64,000 bases of DNA from the NCBI GenBank assembly GCA_014905635.1, contig JABVCE010000009.1, positions 930,001 through 994,000 of the forward strand, given 5' to 3'. The DNA is from Scenedesmus sp. PABB004 (lineage: Eukaryota). Below, piece after piece: positions 1-11,800 of this stretch. The notes under the pieces are model-generated. The model was not told the DNA's origin. It was given only the letters and a program-made list of their open reading frames with translations, and did not search any database. Every line of letters starts with the position of its first letter. Position 1 is the first letter of the stretch. The translations under genes were made by a program, and so were the position numbers.

Positions 1-2638
1 GCTCGCTCGACTCGCTCGCCCCCGCGCTGCTGCTGCGGGGGCTGCCGGCGGCGCTGCTGCCGGCGGCGCTGCTGCCGCCGGCGCTCGCGCCCGCGCCGCC
101 GCCGCCGCCGCCGCCCGCCAGCGCGGCGGCGATGCGCGCGGCGGCCTCGGGCGCCGCCGCCGGGCGCAGCACGAAGCGGTGCGGCACGGCCGTGGCCACG
201 TCGCCGGGCTGCTTGAACAGCAGCGCGCGCAGGCCGGCGAAAAAGGTGTAGCCGTAGGTGTCCCAGTCGGCGCCGGCGGCGCGGTCAAACACGCACGGCC
301 ACGACGCCGCCTCGCCCGGCGACAGCGCGTCGCGCAGCGCCGCCGCGCGCGCGGCGCAGCTCACGACCGAGCGGTTGTACCTGCGCGGCGGCGGCCCGGC
401 GCGGCGGGGCGGCGGCGCGCGTCGGGCGGCAGCCCGCTTGGGAGGCGCGCACGCGCCCGCCCGCCCCCGCCCGCCCGCCCGCCGGCCCGCCCGCCCGCCC
501 GCCCGCCCGCCCGCCCGCCCGCCCGCCCGCCCGCCCGCCCACCCGCCCGCCTGCCCGGGCACTCGGCACTGCGCCCCACCTGAAGCTGTTTTGAACGCTG
601 AAGGCCTTGAATCCGTTGGCGAGCGCGCGCGCCTCGCGGGCCTTGCCCGCCCAGGTCAGCGCGGCGCCGACGAGCCAGATCTTGGCCTCGGTCACCCACC
701 GCCCGAGCGCGAGGCCCCAGGCGCTCGGCGAGTGCTCGCGCGTGTAGGTCACGTACCTGCGAGCCCGCGGCGCGGCGCGGCACGGGTGAGCGCGCGGCCG
801 TGGTGGTGGTGGTGGTGCAGCGGCGGTGGCGCGGCGGCGGCACGCGCGGCGCGTGCGCGGCGCGCGCGCGCACCGCGTGCCGGGCAGGCGCAGCGGCGGG
901 GCGTTAGCCGACCAAAAGGCGGCCATGTGCTTGATGGCGTAGGTGATGGGCAGGCGGTGGCAGGCCGCGGTCGCGGCGTGGTACACGCACGCGGGGCCGG
1001 CGCCGCCGGGCGCGCGCGCGGCCGCGGCGCCCGCCGCCGCCGCGACGATGACGAGCGCGGCGACCGTGTCTGCGCGCGCGGCGGCGCGCGGCGGCGCGCG
1101 GCGGCGTGGACGCGCTGCGCGCGCGGGCCGTGCGTGCGCGACCGCGCCGCGCGCCGTGTGGCGGGGGCGGGCGCGTGGGGGCAGCCTCTCGTCTCACCGC
1201 AGGGCACCAGGTCCAGGGCATAGTCGCTGGCAAAGGCCATGGACGAGAGCGAGGGAAAGAAGCCGCACGAGTAGCCTGGCGGCGGCGGCGGCGCCCCGGG
1301 GCGGCGGCAAATACGGCGGCGGTGTGAGCGCCGCGGGCGCCTCGGGCGAAGGACGGCGCGCGCCGCGACGAGGCGCAGGGCCGGCGCCGGCACGCGCCGC
1401 ACCCATGATCCAGCCGGGCGCGCCGGCGTAGCCGCTGACCCAGCCGGGGTACGGCGCGCCCGCGAGCGCCGAGATGAGGCTCGGCCGCACGACCGCGCGC
1501 GCGACGCGGCGCGGGAGCGGCCAGCCCGCGACGAGGTGCTCGGTGAGGTGCTTGCCAAAGGCGTAGCTGCTGGTGAAGTCGAGCCGCGCCATCAGCGCCG
1601 CCGCCTGCGCCGCGGCCGCGGCGCGGGGGTTGTGGGCGTGCCGCACGGGGCGACCGCGCTCGCACCGCGGCCGCGTTTGCGCCGCACCTGCGCGTCGGCC
1701 TCGGCCGGCGGCATCGCCAGCAGCGCGTCCACGAGCTCGTCGTGGCGTAGCGGCGCGCCGCCGGCGAGCGCGAGCGGCAGGTCGTGCAGCGCCTCGGGCA
1801 CGAGCGTGTTGCGCGGCAGGTGGTTGTTGACCTGTGCCCGCGCGGCGGGTGGGCGCGGCGGGTGAGCCCGGCGCGGCGCGGCGGCCGCGCCGCCGCGTCC
1901 GCGCCGCCATCGCGCGCACCCAGTAGGTCGACGTGAACACGAGGCTGCGCAGGCGCGGCATGCGGGCCGCGAGCTGCAGCAGCGCGCGCGTGCCGGCGTA
2001 GTTGGCGCGCAGCGTCTTGTGGATGGGGGCGTCGAGCTCCAGGTCTGCCGCGGCGTGGATGACGAGCCCGACCTCCGCCTCCAGCGCCGCCGCGTCGGCG
2101 GCGCAGAGCCCCAGCCCCGGCGCGCCCAGGTCGCCCTCGACGGCGCGCACGCGCGCAAAGGGGTCGGCCCCGCCCGGCGCGCCCGCGGCCGCGTGCAGCG
2201 CGTGGAAGAGCGGCGACGACAGCAGGCGCTGCACGCGCGCCGCCGCCACGACGCCGCGCTTGGGGCGGACCAGCAGGTACACGCGGTGCACCTGGGCGCG
2301 CGGCGGGGCGCGGGCACGGCGGCGTGGGCGCCGGGCGCCGGCGGCCAGCGCAGCCAGGCGCTGCTGCCGGCGCCGCCCGGGTGCCGCCGCCGCGCGGCGC
2401 CCGCCGATGCCCGCCGCGCCGCCCCGAGGTCGCTCGCTGGCGGCACGAGCTGCTGCCGCATCGCGCGCGACCGCGGGGGGCGCGGGCGCGCCGGGGCGCC
2501 GCGCGAGTGCTCCGCAGGGCGCCGCACCTCTGTGAGGCGCAGCAGCTGCTCCAGGACCACGCTCCCCAGGAAGCCCAGCCCGCCGGTGAGCAGCACGGTC
2601 TCGCCCGCCAGCTCGCGCGCGGGGGAGAGCGGCGCCAT
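1..2638 (-). CDS. Fatty acyl-CoA reductase (FAR / male-sterility family, extended SDR); multi-exon, 3' end runs off the window
   Basis: ATG at 2638: MAPLSPARELAGETVLLTGGLGFLGSVVLEQLLR (NAD(P)-binding TGxxGxxG). Later exons give VYLLVRPKRG, AVEGDL, VIHAAA, VFTSTYW, YAFGKHLTEHLV (YxxxK), VVRPSLI and PYPGWV. First intron donor GT at 2527. Confidence 0.9.
455..553. repeat. (GCCC)n tetranucleotide microsatellite in a FAR intron
   Basis: Direct reading: tandem gccc units with a few interruptions; source of the PPAR/GGRA pseudo-ORF repeats. Confidence 0.85.
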
Positions 2639-3138
2639 CCTCCTTGTGTGGCCGCGCCGCGCGCAGAGGGTGGCCAGCCGCACCGCAGACGCTGGAGCGG
2701 AGAGCGGTGATCGCTCCGGCTGCGACGCGCCACGCACTGTGATCGTGCCGGCGCGGGGCAGCCAGTGCTCACCAGCCAGGGCACGGGGCTCGGGCTCAGC
2801 TCGCCACCGCACGGTCACCTCGCAGCGCAGCGCAGGCGCGGGCCCGGACGCAGCCCAGCCAGGCAGCTCGCACCGGGTCGGCGGCGGGCGCGGGCGCGGG
2901 TCGCCGGCGGCGGCGGGCGCGTGCGATGCAGGTTGCTTACCGCTCAACACCCGCACACCTGCAGCAGCGGCAGCAGCGGCAGCACACACACGCAAGGAGA
3001 GTACAGCCAGCGCGCCGCGTGTTGCAGCGGCGCGGGCGCAAATACACAACGTACACTGCGCTGCGCGGCGCGCGCGCGCGTGGCCCGGCGCCGCACGGCG
3101 TCCGGCGGGCGCCACGACGCGCGCGCGCGCGCGCCGGC

Positions 3139-3981
3139 TCAGAGCTTGGGCCGCGGCTTGGCGGCGCCGCCCTTGGACGAGAGGCGCGCGATCGCGGCGC
3201 CGACCGCCGCGACGGTGTCGGGGTGCGCGATGTGCGCGTAGCCGGCGGGGCCGGCCTCCCAGTCGAGCGCGTACGCGAGCCAGGCGTCCCCAAAGTCGCG
3301 GCGCAGGCGGTCCTTGGTCTCCGCGCGCGCGCGCGCCGGCAGCGCCGCCGTGCGCGCCATGAGCGCGTGCGCGCGCGCGAGCAGCGCGGCCTGCGCGCCG
3401 CCGGCGGCGCCGCCCGGCGGCGCCGGCACGAGCTCGTCGACGAGCCCCAGCTCCAGCGCGCGCTCGGGGGCGACCATCGTGCCGCCGAGCAGCAGGCGCT
3501 CCGCGTGCGCGGTGCCGACGACGCGGGCCATGAGCCCCGCCCAGAACTTGGGCACCGGGATGCCGAGCGCGACCTCGTTCAGCCCGATCGCCCCCCGGCC
3601 GCCGACCATGAGCCGCGCGTCGCACGCGAGCGCGATCGCGCAGCCGCCGGCGGGGCAGGCGCCCCGGATCGCCGCGAGCGTCGCGAGGCGGCTCGTGAGC
3701 AGGCCCACGAGCGCGCGCGAGAGGGCGGCCCAGAAGCGCGCATACTGCTCCGCGCTCGTCGACGGCGCGTGCAGCTCGGACAGGTCGTTGCCGGCGGTGA
3801 ACACGTCGCGCGCGAGGCCGCTCGTGATGATCAGGCCCGCCATCGCGGGGTCGGCCTCGACCGCCGACACCGCGTCGCCGAGCGCGGCCCACATGGCCGT
3901 GTCGAAGGAGTTGACCGGCTCCTTGGCCAGGGTGATGACCGCGTAGCGCCCGTGCTTGGTGGTGCTGATGAACTGCGCCAT
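3139..3981 (-). CDS. Crotonase-fold enoyl-CoA delta-isomerase/hydratase (ECI1-like), intronless, 280 aa, C-terminal PKL (PTS1-like)
   Basis: MAQFISTTKHGRYAVITLAKEPVNSFD...FTAGNDLSEL...AAIRGACPAGGCAIALACDARLM...IGLNEVALGI...ALELGLVDELVP are crotonase motifs; the protein ends RPKL*. Confidence 0.9.
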   Translation of the reverse strand: MAQFISTTKHGRYAVITLAKEPVNSFDTAMWAALGDAVSAVEADPAMAGLIITSGLARDVFTAGNDLSELHAPSTSAEQYARFWAALSRALVGLLTSRLATLAAIRGACPAGGCAIALACDARLMVGGRGAIGLNEVALGIPVPKFWAGLMARVVGTAHAERLLLGGTMVAPERALELGLVDELVPAPPGGAAGGAQAALLARAHALMARTAALPARARAETKDRLRRDFGDAWLAYALDWEAGPAGYAHIAHPDTVAAVGAAIARLSSKGGAAKPRPKL

Positions 3982-5890
3982 CGCGCCGCCCGCCGCAGCG
4001 GCCGCGCGAGCGCTCGCGCGCCTCGCGCAGCTGGCGCGGCTGGCGCCGGCGCTGCCGGGGCTGCCGGCGCGCCGCTGGGCTCGGGGCGCGGGCCTGAGGC
4101 TCGCGCGGCGGCGGCGGCGGAAGGCCTGCGGGCGGGCGGGCGGGGCGGGGGCGCGCTCAGGCTGGGCCCCGCCGCGGGCACGGGCGGCGCGCACGCACGC
4201 GAACACGCACACAACGCCCACAACGCACGCACGCGCCGCGCAGTCTGTGAGTGTCAGGGTTTTCACTGTTCCGTGTCATCAGCGGCGCGGGGCCGCTTAC
4301 CAAGGTGTCCTAAGATTGAGTGGTTTGGTCATCACCCACTCGCGCGCGGCGCAGGCAGGCACGGCAACCACAACTGCCAAACAACACGCAGCAAAGCCGC
4401 GGGACTCTGTAAGAACGCAGCGTAGTGTTTGTCGATCACGGGTGATCAGGTCAAGCGTTGGATAACTAGTGTCTCGTCATCGTCCGGGGCGGCAACGCCA
4501 CACGCATGGGGCACGCGCACGCGGCGGCGGGCAAGGGGGCGGGCTCGCGGGGCCGATGTCGCGTGGCGCTTGCCGCGCCCGTCACGGGGGTCGGGGCAGG
4601 TCAAACACACGCGTTTGCTCTCCTCAGGGGGTAACGGGGCGGTGGCCTCTGTGGGTGCTGAGAGGTCCGCACGGAGGATGAACTGAGGCTGGTGGTGGCC
4701 GCGCGCCGCGCGCGTGCAGCAGGCACGCGAGCGATGCAGGTGAGCAACAGACACGCGCGCACACACGCCACGCACGCCACACGCACAGCAGCGCACGCGT
4801 GCGGGCCGGCGGGCGGCAGCAGCAGCCGCCGCCGGCCGCCGCCGCCGGCAGGCTCTCCTCAGCGGTTTGCTTGTGGTTGTCAGCAGGAGATCAGGTCTCA
4901 AAGATTATGTTTGCCATCCCGGGAGGCCGCGGGCGCGCACGACGGCCAAGCACACGCCGGCGCTGCATCGCTGCCGCGCACACGCGGCGCGCGCCCGCAC
5001 CTGTGCCTGCCGCGCGCTCACGAGGGGAAGGCCGACCCCCTGACGCACTCGCGGAGCCGCAGCGCGGCGCCCCCGGCGACGGCGCTGCGCGTGGGGCGGG
5101 CGGCGGGGCGCGACGGGCCGGCGGCGTGCGTGCGGCGCGTCTTTGGGACGGCTGGATTGCTGGGAGGGTGGTGTGAGGGCTGTGCGGCGCGCACAGCGGC
5201 GAGCGAAGCTCTGTGAGCAAGGACCTGCCTCAGGTTCTGTGCGCACGCTCTCTCCGTTGCTCATCCGAGCTGCGCAAGACCAGGCCCTCACCGGCGTTGA
5301 CTGCCGCTGCTGCCGCCGCGCGCCGCGCGCAAAGGCCAGCCGCGCGCGCGCGCGCGCTCCGGCGCCGCCACGCGCCCACTTGCGCAGCAGGCGGCGCGGT
5401 CTGAGGAGAGCTCGCGGCGCAGCCGCCGCGCGTGCGGGAGCCGTCGCAGCACGGGCGGGCGCGCGCTGCCAGCCTGGCCCCGCGGCGACGGCGCGCGCCG
5501 CGCGCGGCGCGAGGCACGGCCCTGGGCGCGGCGCGGCGCTCGCTGGTCGCGCCCTGCGCTGCGCGGCGGGGGGGAGCGGGTCCGCCAGCTGCGGCGGCGG
5601 ACGGGCGGGTTGTGACCTGACCCGCGGCGGCGGTTGACCGCCGCGGTGGCGGCATGCGCCCGTCGCCCCTCCCTCGCGCACCACAGTCCCGCCCCCGCGG
5701 CCCGACAGCGACGAGCGCGTGCTGGGACCGCACCGCGCACGCCACTCGCGTCGAGGAGGGCGCCGTTTCCGGCTGCGCGTCAGGTGAGGCTGCGGCCCGT
5801 CGGCGGCGTGGGAGGGCGGGGATCAGCTGTCTCAGCATCGGGGCGGGCGCGCGGGGCGGCGCGGTGCTGTCCGGGCCTGATAGGAACGCC

Positions 5891-8800
5891 ATGGGAGCGC
5901 CCCTCCTACACTCGCGCCGCCACGTCGTGCTCCGCGCCCGCCCAATCGCAGGCCTGGTGGCGATGCGCAGCGGGCGGCTGGCGCCGGCGCCCGGCGCGGC
6001 GCGGCGCCAAATGCTGGCCCCGGCCGGCCGTGCGAGCAGCACATTGACCCGCAACGGCGCCCTGGCCCGCGCCGCGCCTAGGCGCCCCGCGCGCGGCCTC
6101 GCGCCGGCGGTGCCGCGGCCGCGGCCGTGCCCGCCGCTGCCGGGCGTGTGCCGCGCCGCCAGCGTGCTGCAGGGCGGCGCCACGGGCGCGCGGGAGTCGC
6201 CGCGCAGCAGCGGCGACTCGACGGCGTCGCCCGCCGCCGTCGGCGAGTGGCTGCTCCGCCGCTGGATCGGCCTGGGCAACGGAGATGAGCTGCCGTTCCA
6301 CCACGTGCGGCGCGGCGCGCGGGCGGAGGCGGGGCGGGGCGGGCGCGCTGGCGGCGGCTGCGCGGCGTCGCTGCCGCGCCGCGCCCTTCCCTGTGCGGGC
6401 GGGCGTGGGCGCGCGGCTCGCCCGTGTGGAGCGGGGTGCGCCCTCACCGGCGCACCGCACGTGTACCGGGGGCGCGCGCCCTTCCAGCCGCACCCCGGCG
6501 GCGGCGCCCAACCGCCGACAGTCAACGCTCACCGGCACGCACACGCCCGCGCCGCGCAGGAGGCGGGCCCGCTGCGCCACACGTCCTGCGAGCTCACCGT
6601 GTGCGCGACCACGCTGGAGGCCAAGGGCCGCAAGCACGTGCTGCTGGCGTTTGTCGTGACCGGCGCCGCGGGGCGGAGCGGCGGCAAGGCCCTGGGCATC
6701 AACGACCTCCGCGCCCCGCTGCTGCACTGGGGCCAGGTGTCGCGCCAGGGCAGCGGCTGGGGCTCGCCCTCGCCGGGGTGGTCCACCTGGCCCGACGTGT
6801 CGCACGACGCACGTGAGCAGCAGCCGCCGCTCGGCCGCGGCCGCACAGGGCCCGCGCGCGCGCGCGCCGCGCCCCACCCGCGCCCACGCTGCCCCCTCGC
6901 CGCCGCAGGCGGCGCGTGGCAGACGCCCTTTGCCGAGCAGCAGCTGCCGGGCGTGGGCCCCGCGCTGACCCTGCTGGTGCAGGTGCCCTACGAGGCCGCG
7001 CTCAAGTGAGCGCCCGCGCCGCGCGGCGCCTCGCTCCTGGCCCGCCCCGCCCCGCGCGCGCGCCTCACCACGCGCCTCCCGCGCCGCGGCGCGCAGGACC
7101 GGCGGCCTCGCGTTCCTGGTCAAGGCCGGCAGCAAGGCCTGGCTCGGCAACGCGGCAACCAACAAGGACTTTTTCTTTGCCACCGGCGCGCTGCCCGCGG
7201 TGCCGGCGGCGAGCCTCGAGGCCGCGGACGCCGGCGCGCTCGCGGGCGACGCGGCGCTCGTCGCGCCGGAGTCGGTGCTCGACATGGAGACGTGAGCCGG
7301 CGGCTCTTGGGCAGGGCGGGCGAGCCTGCATGGCCCGCGGGCGCCCGCGTGGCCGCCGCGCAGCTGCCCGAGCGCCGCCGCCGCCGCCGCCGCCGTCGCA
7401 GGCTGGCCAAGGTGCCGGTCGTCAAGCGCCCGCCCAGCACCAACGGGCACCACAAGCACAACAACAACAACAACGGCCACCACCACCACCACGACAACAA
7501 CAACGGCCACCACCACAACCACCACGGCGAGCCGGAGCTGCCCAACGCGGGCCGCCGCGAGAAGGAGCCACAGTGGGACGACAGCATGGTGCGCCGCCGC
7601 GGCTGCACGCGGCGGCCGGCCGCGCGCACAGCCAGCGGGCGCGGCGCGGCGCGCTCACCGCCCCGCCGGCGCCGCGCCCGGCGCAGGTGTGCACGCTGAG
7701 CGGCGCGGAGCTGCACCGCACGGCGCAGCAGCAGCTGACCGCGTGGGCGGCGCAGCAGCACGACCTGGAGGTGCCGGAGCTGGGGCTGTCCATCACGCAG
7801 GTGGGCAGGCGGCCCCGCGCGCGCTGTGTGGTGGCCGGCGGCAGCGCCGGGGCCGCGTGCGCCCGCGAAGGGGCCGGGGCACCGCGCTGCGCTTCGTGGG
7901 GCGGCAGCGGCGGCCTGAAGCGCGCGCACGCTGCTGCCGCCGCCTCCGCCGCCTCTGCCCGCAGCACGAGTTCCCTGTCAAGGGCCACGCGTCGACGCCC
8001 TTTGTGGTCGCCTGCACCGCGCTCTGGCGCACCGCCGCGGCGGCGGGCGGCGCGCGCGAGGCCGTGCTGCTGGTCGCGGCGATGGGCGACGTCGGCCTGA
8101 CCGGCAAGCGGCACCCGGGCCTCGTGCTGCAGTGGTCGGGCGTCGGGCCCGACGCCGCGGCGCTCGTGGGCCGCGACCCCGAGGCCGCCGCGCGCATGGC
8201 GGCGACGGCGCTGCCCGACGGCTGGGGCACGCTGCCCGACCTGTCGTGGGACGCGGGTGCGCGCCGCGCCCGCCCGCGCGCGGCCGGCGGCCGGCGGCGG
8301 CGGCGCGGGCGCCACGCGCTCGCGGGGCAGCAGCCCTGCCTCACGCCAGCCCTGCCGCCGCCCGCCCGCCGCGCGGCGCCGCAGGCTCTGGCTTCTGGGA
8401 CACGCCGATGACGCGGCACCTCTTTGAGCTGCCCGCCGCGGGCGCGCCGACGCGCCCCGCCGCGCCGGCGGCGCCGACCGGCAGCGGGCCGCCGAGCGAC
8501 AAGTACCTGGTGCTGCTGCGCCTGCCGCTGACCGCCGAGTTTGCGTGAGTGGGGGCGCGGCCGCCGCGCCCGCCGCGCCCGCCGCGCCGCCGCCGCCGCA
8601 GCAGCAGCGCGGCCCCGGCCGCGCGCCCGGCGCTCACCGCCCGCGGCCGCCGCGCCGGGTCGCCGCAGCACGGGCGGTCTGCTGTTCAACATGCGCACAT
8701 CGCGGCGGCAGTGGATCCGCAACGCCGACAACTCGGGGCCCTTCTTCCTGGACACCAGCGTGCACGCGCAGCGCCTCGGCGTGCCGCCGCCCGGCGCCGC

Positions 8801-11800
8801 CCCCGACGCCGCGCACGCCGCCAACGGCGCCGCGCACGCCGCGCACGGCGCCGCCGCCACCAACGGCGCGGGCCTGACCGCGGCGGAGCGCGACGACCAG
8901 GTCGTGTGGGCGACCACGCGCGCCGCGCTCGTGGCGGCGGGGCTGAGTGACGAGGAGATCGCCCACTTCGCCAAGAGCATGCCCTCCCACCGCGCCGACC
9001 TGTTCCGGCCGCCCACGCCCGGCGGCCGGCGCAGCCCGTCGCCGCTCAACGGCGCGGGCGCCAACGGCAACGGCCGGGCCGCGCACGCCAACGGCAACGG
9101 CAACGGCCGCGCGGCCAGCCCCACGTTTGACGTGCTCAGCAGCGCCGACGCCGAGATGGCGGCGCACATCTCGGCGCACAGCAGCGTCGACGGGCGCGGC
9201 GGCGTCGGCGGCGAGGTCGCGCGCTTCATGCGTGGTTTCGACCCCGCGAGCGCGACCGACCTCTCGGCCGCGCCCTGGGGCCTGCCCGGCGACGGCGCGA
9301 TGGCGAGCGAGGGCATGGAGGTGCCGGAGCTCACGCCGCACCCGTGGCTGATCGGCAAGATCGCCGAGCTGGAGCACAACGCGCGCCGCTCGCTCATGCA
9401 CAGGCGCGCGCCGCCGCCGCGCCGCCGCCGCCGCTGCCGGTGACGCGCTGCCCGCGACGCGCGCCGCCGCCGCTGACGCCCGCGCGCCGCCGCCGACGCG
9501 CGCGCGTCCGGGCGCAGGTACGGCATCGCCGCCGAACTCGTGGGCGAGCTGCTGCACGACCTGCGCGCCGCCGCGCACAGCGCGCCCGAGGCGCTCGCGT
9601 GGCCGCCGCCGCCCGGCGCGCCGACGGCCGGCGACGACCACAGCGTCGCGGGGCGCGGCCGCCGCGCGCTGTCGGGGCTCGTCGCCGTCGCGGTGTGGCT
9701 GCGCCTGAGCGCGCTGCGCCTGCTGACGTGGAACCACAACTACAACGTCAAGCCCCGCGAGATCAGTGCCGCGCTGGACCGCCTCGGCGACCAGCTCGTC
9801 CAGGTGCGCGCCGCGCGGCGGTCAGGGCTGCCGCCCGGGCGCCGCTTGGCGGCGCGCAGCGCCCCGCGGCGCGCCGACGCCTGCGCCCGGCGCGCGCGCT
9901 CACGCCTGGCGCCGCGCCGCGCAGGTGTACGAGGTCGCGCCGCAGCTCTCGGGCGTCGTGCTGCTCGCGCTCGCGAGCGCGGGCCGCGGCGGCGAGGGCG
10001 ACATGGGGCAGCGCATCCGCGACGAGATCCTGGCCATCCAGCAGCGCAACGGCTGCAAGGCGCGCCGCGCCGCGGGGGGCCCTCGGCGCAGCGCCAGCGG
10101 CGGCGCGCGCTCGCCCCCGCCCCGCTCGCCTGCCCACTTTCTCCCTGCCTCGCTGCCGCGCTGCGTCCTCCCTCTCCCGCGCCGCGCAGGGCGGCATGAT
10201 GGAGGAGTGGCACCAGAAGCTGCACAACAACACCTCGCCCGACGACCTGGTCATCTGCGACGCGCTGCTCGCGTACCTCGCGGCGGGGCAGGCGCCGTCG
10301 GCCTACTGGGACACGCTCAAGGCCGAGGGTGTGTGCGCGCGCGCGCACGGGGCGCGGGGCGGGGCAGGCCAGCTGGCCCGTCACGGGCGTGCGCGCTGAC
10401 ACGCCCGCCCGCCCGCCCCCCGCCCGCCCGCCCGCCCGCCCGCCCGCCCGCCCGCCCGCCCGCCCTGGTACCCTCGGGGACGCCAGGCATCACCGCGGAG
10501 CGGCTCGCCTCGTACGACCGGCCGATCAAGAGCGGGCCGCCCACGTTTGACGCGCGCACCGTGCCGCAGCTCACGTCCGACCTGATTGCCTACCGCCGCA
10601 CGCTCGCGGCGGTGCACAGCGGCGCCGACCTCTCGGCCGCGATCGACGGCGTGCTCGGCTACGACGCGGGCAACTGCAAGGGTGCGGCGGCGCCGGGGCC
10701 GCCGGGGCCTGCCGCCGCCGCGCCGGGCCGTGGCCGCCGCCGCCGCCCCCCGCCGCTGAGGCGCGCGTCGCCGGCCGCCGGGCGCAGGCAAGCACGTCAA
10801 GGTCGACCCGCTCACCGCGGTGGCCACGCCGCAGCTGCGCCAGCTGCTGGGCGCCATCCTGGCGCTCGTGCAGGGCGGCAGCGCCGCGTCCAGCCCCAGC
10901 GGCACGCGCCCCGGCACGCCCGCCGCGGCCAACGGTGCGCGCCCGCGCCGGCGCGCGGGCCGCCGGCGCGCGCCCGCCCGCGCGGCCGCTCAAGGCGCGC
11001 TGCTGCTGCCTGCCCGCGCGCGCGTCCAGGCACGGGCTCCAAGGTCGGGGCGATGATGGACATGGAGCGCGCGCTGCAGCTGCAGGCGCTCGTCGTCGCG
11101 GCGCGCAGCGCGCTCGCGCCCGCGCTGCGCGGCGGCAGCGCGGCCTGCCAGGGCAGGTGCGGCCCCCGGCGCGCTGCTGCTGGCTCCTCGCTGGCTAGCG
11201 CACTGCGGCGCTCGTCCAAAGGACAGCCCAGCGACGGCTCACACCACCTGCCGCGCCGCGCCGCGCCGTGCCGTCACCCGCCACACAGGCTGCGTGACGT
11301 CATCTTCCTGGACCTGGCACTTGAGCTCACGGGCCGCGTCGCGCTGGAGCAGGGGCTCACCGCCGTGCGCGCGGCCGCGCCGAGCACGCTCCTCGGCGGC
11401 CTCCTCGCGCTGCTGCAGCAGCCGCTCGCGAGCGCGTGCTTCTCGGCGCTGCCGGGCCAGGGCGGCAACGCGGCGCTCGTCGCGATCTGCAGCCAGCTGG
11501 CGAAGCTCAGCTGCGACTGCCCCGGCCTCGACGCGGGCGCCAAGGCGCGCTGCGCGCTGTCCCTCATCGAGCGCCTGCGCTCGCTGCTCGCGGGCGGCAG
11601 CGGCAGCGCCATCGCGCTGCTGCAGCCCACCGCGTGGCACCTCGCGGGCGCGCTCCAGGTGCGCGCGCGCGCCGGCTCGCCACGCGCGCTGCTGCGCCCG
11701 CGCTGCTGGGCCCGAGCTGAGCCCGCGCCGCCGCCGCCCCGCCAGATTGAGAACCACGGCGACCCGCTCGGGCCCGTGGGCCTGCTGGCGGAGGAGGTCG

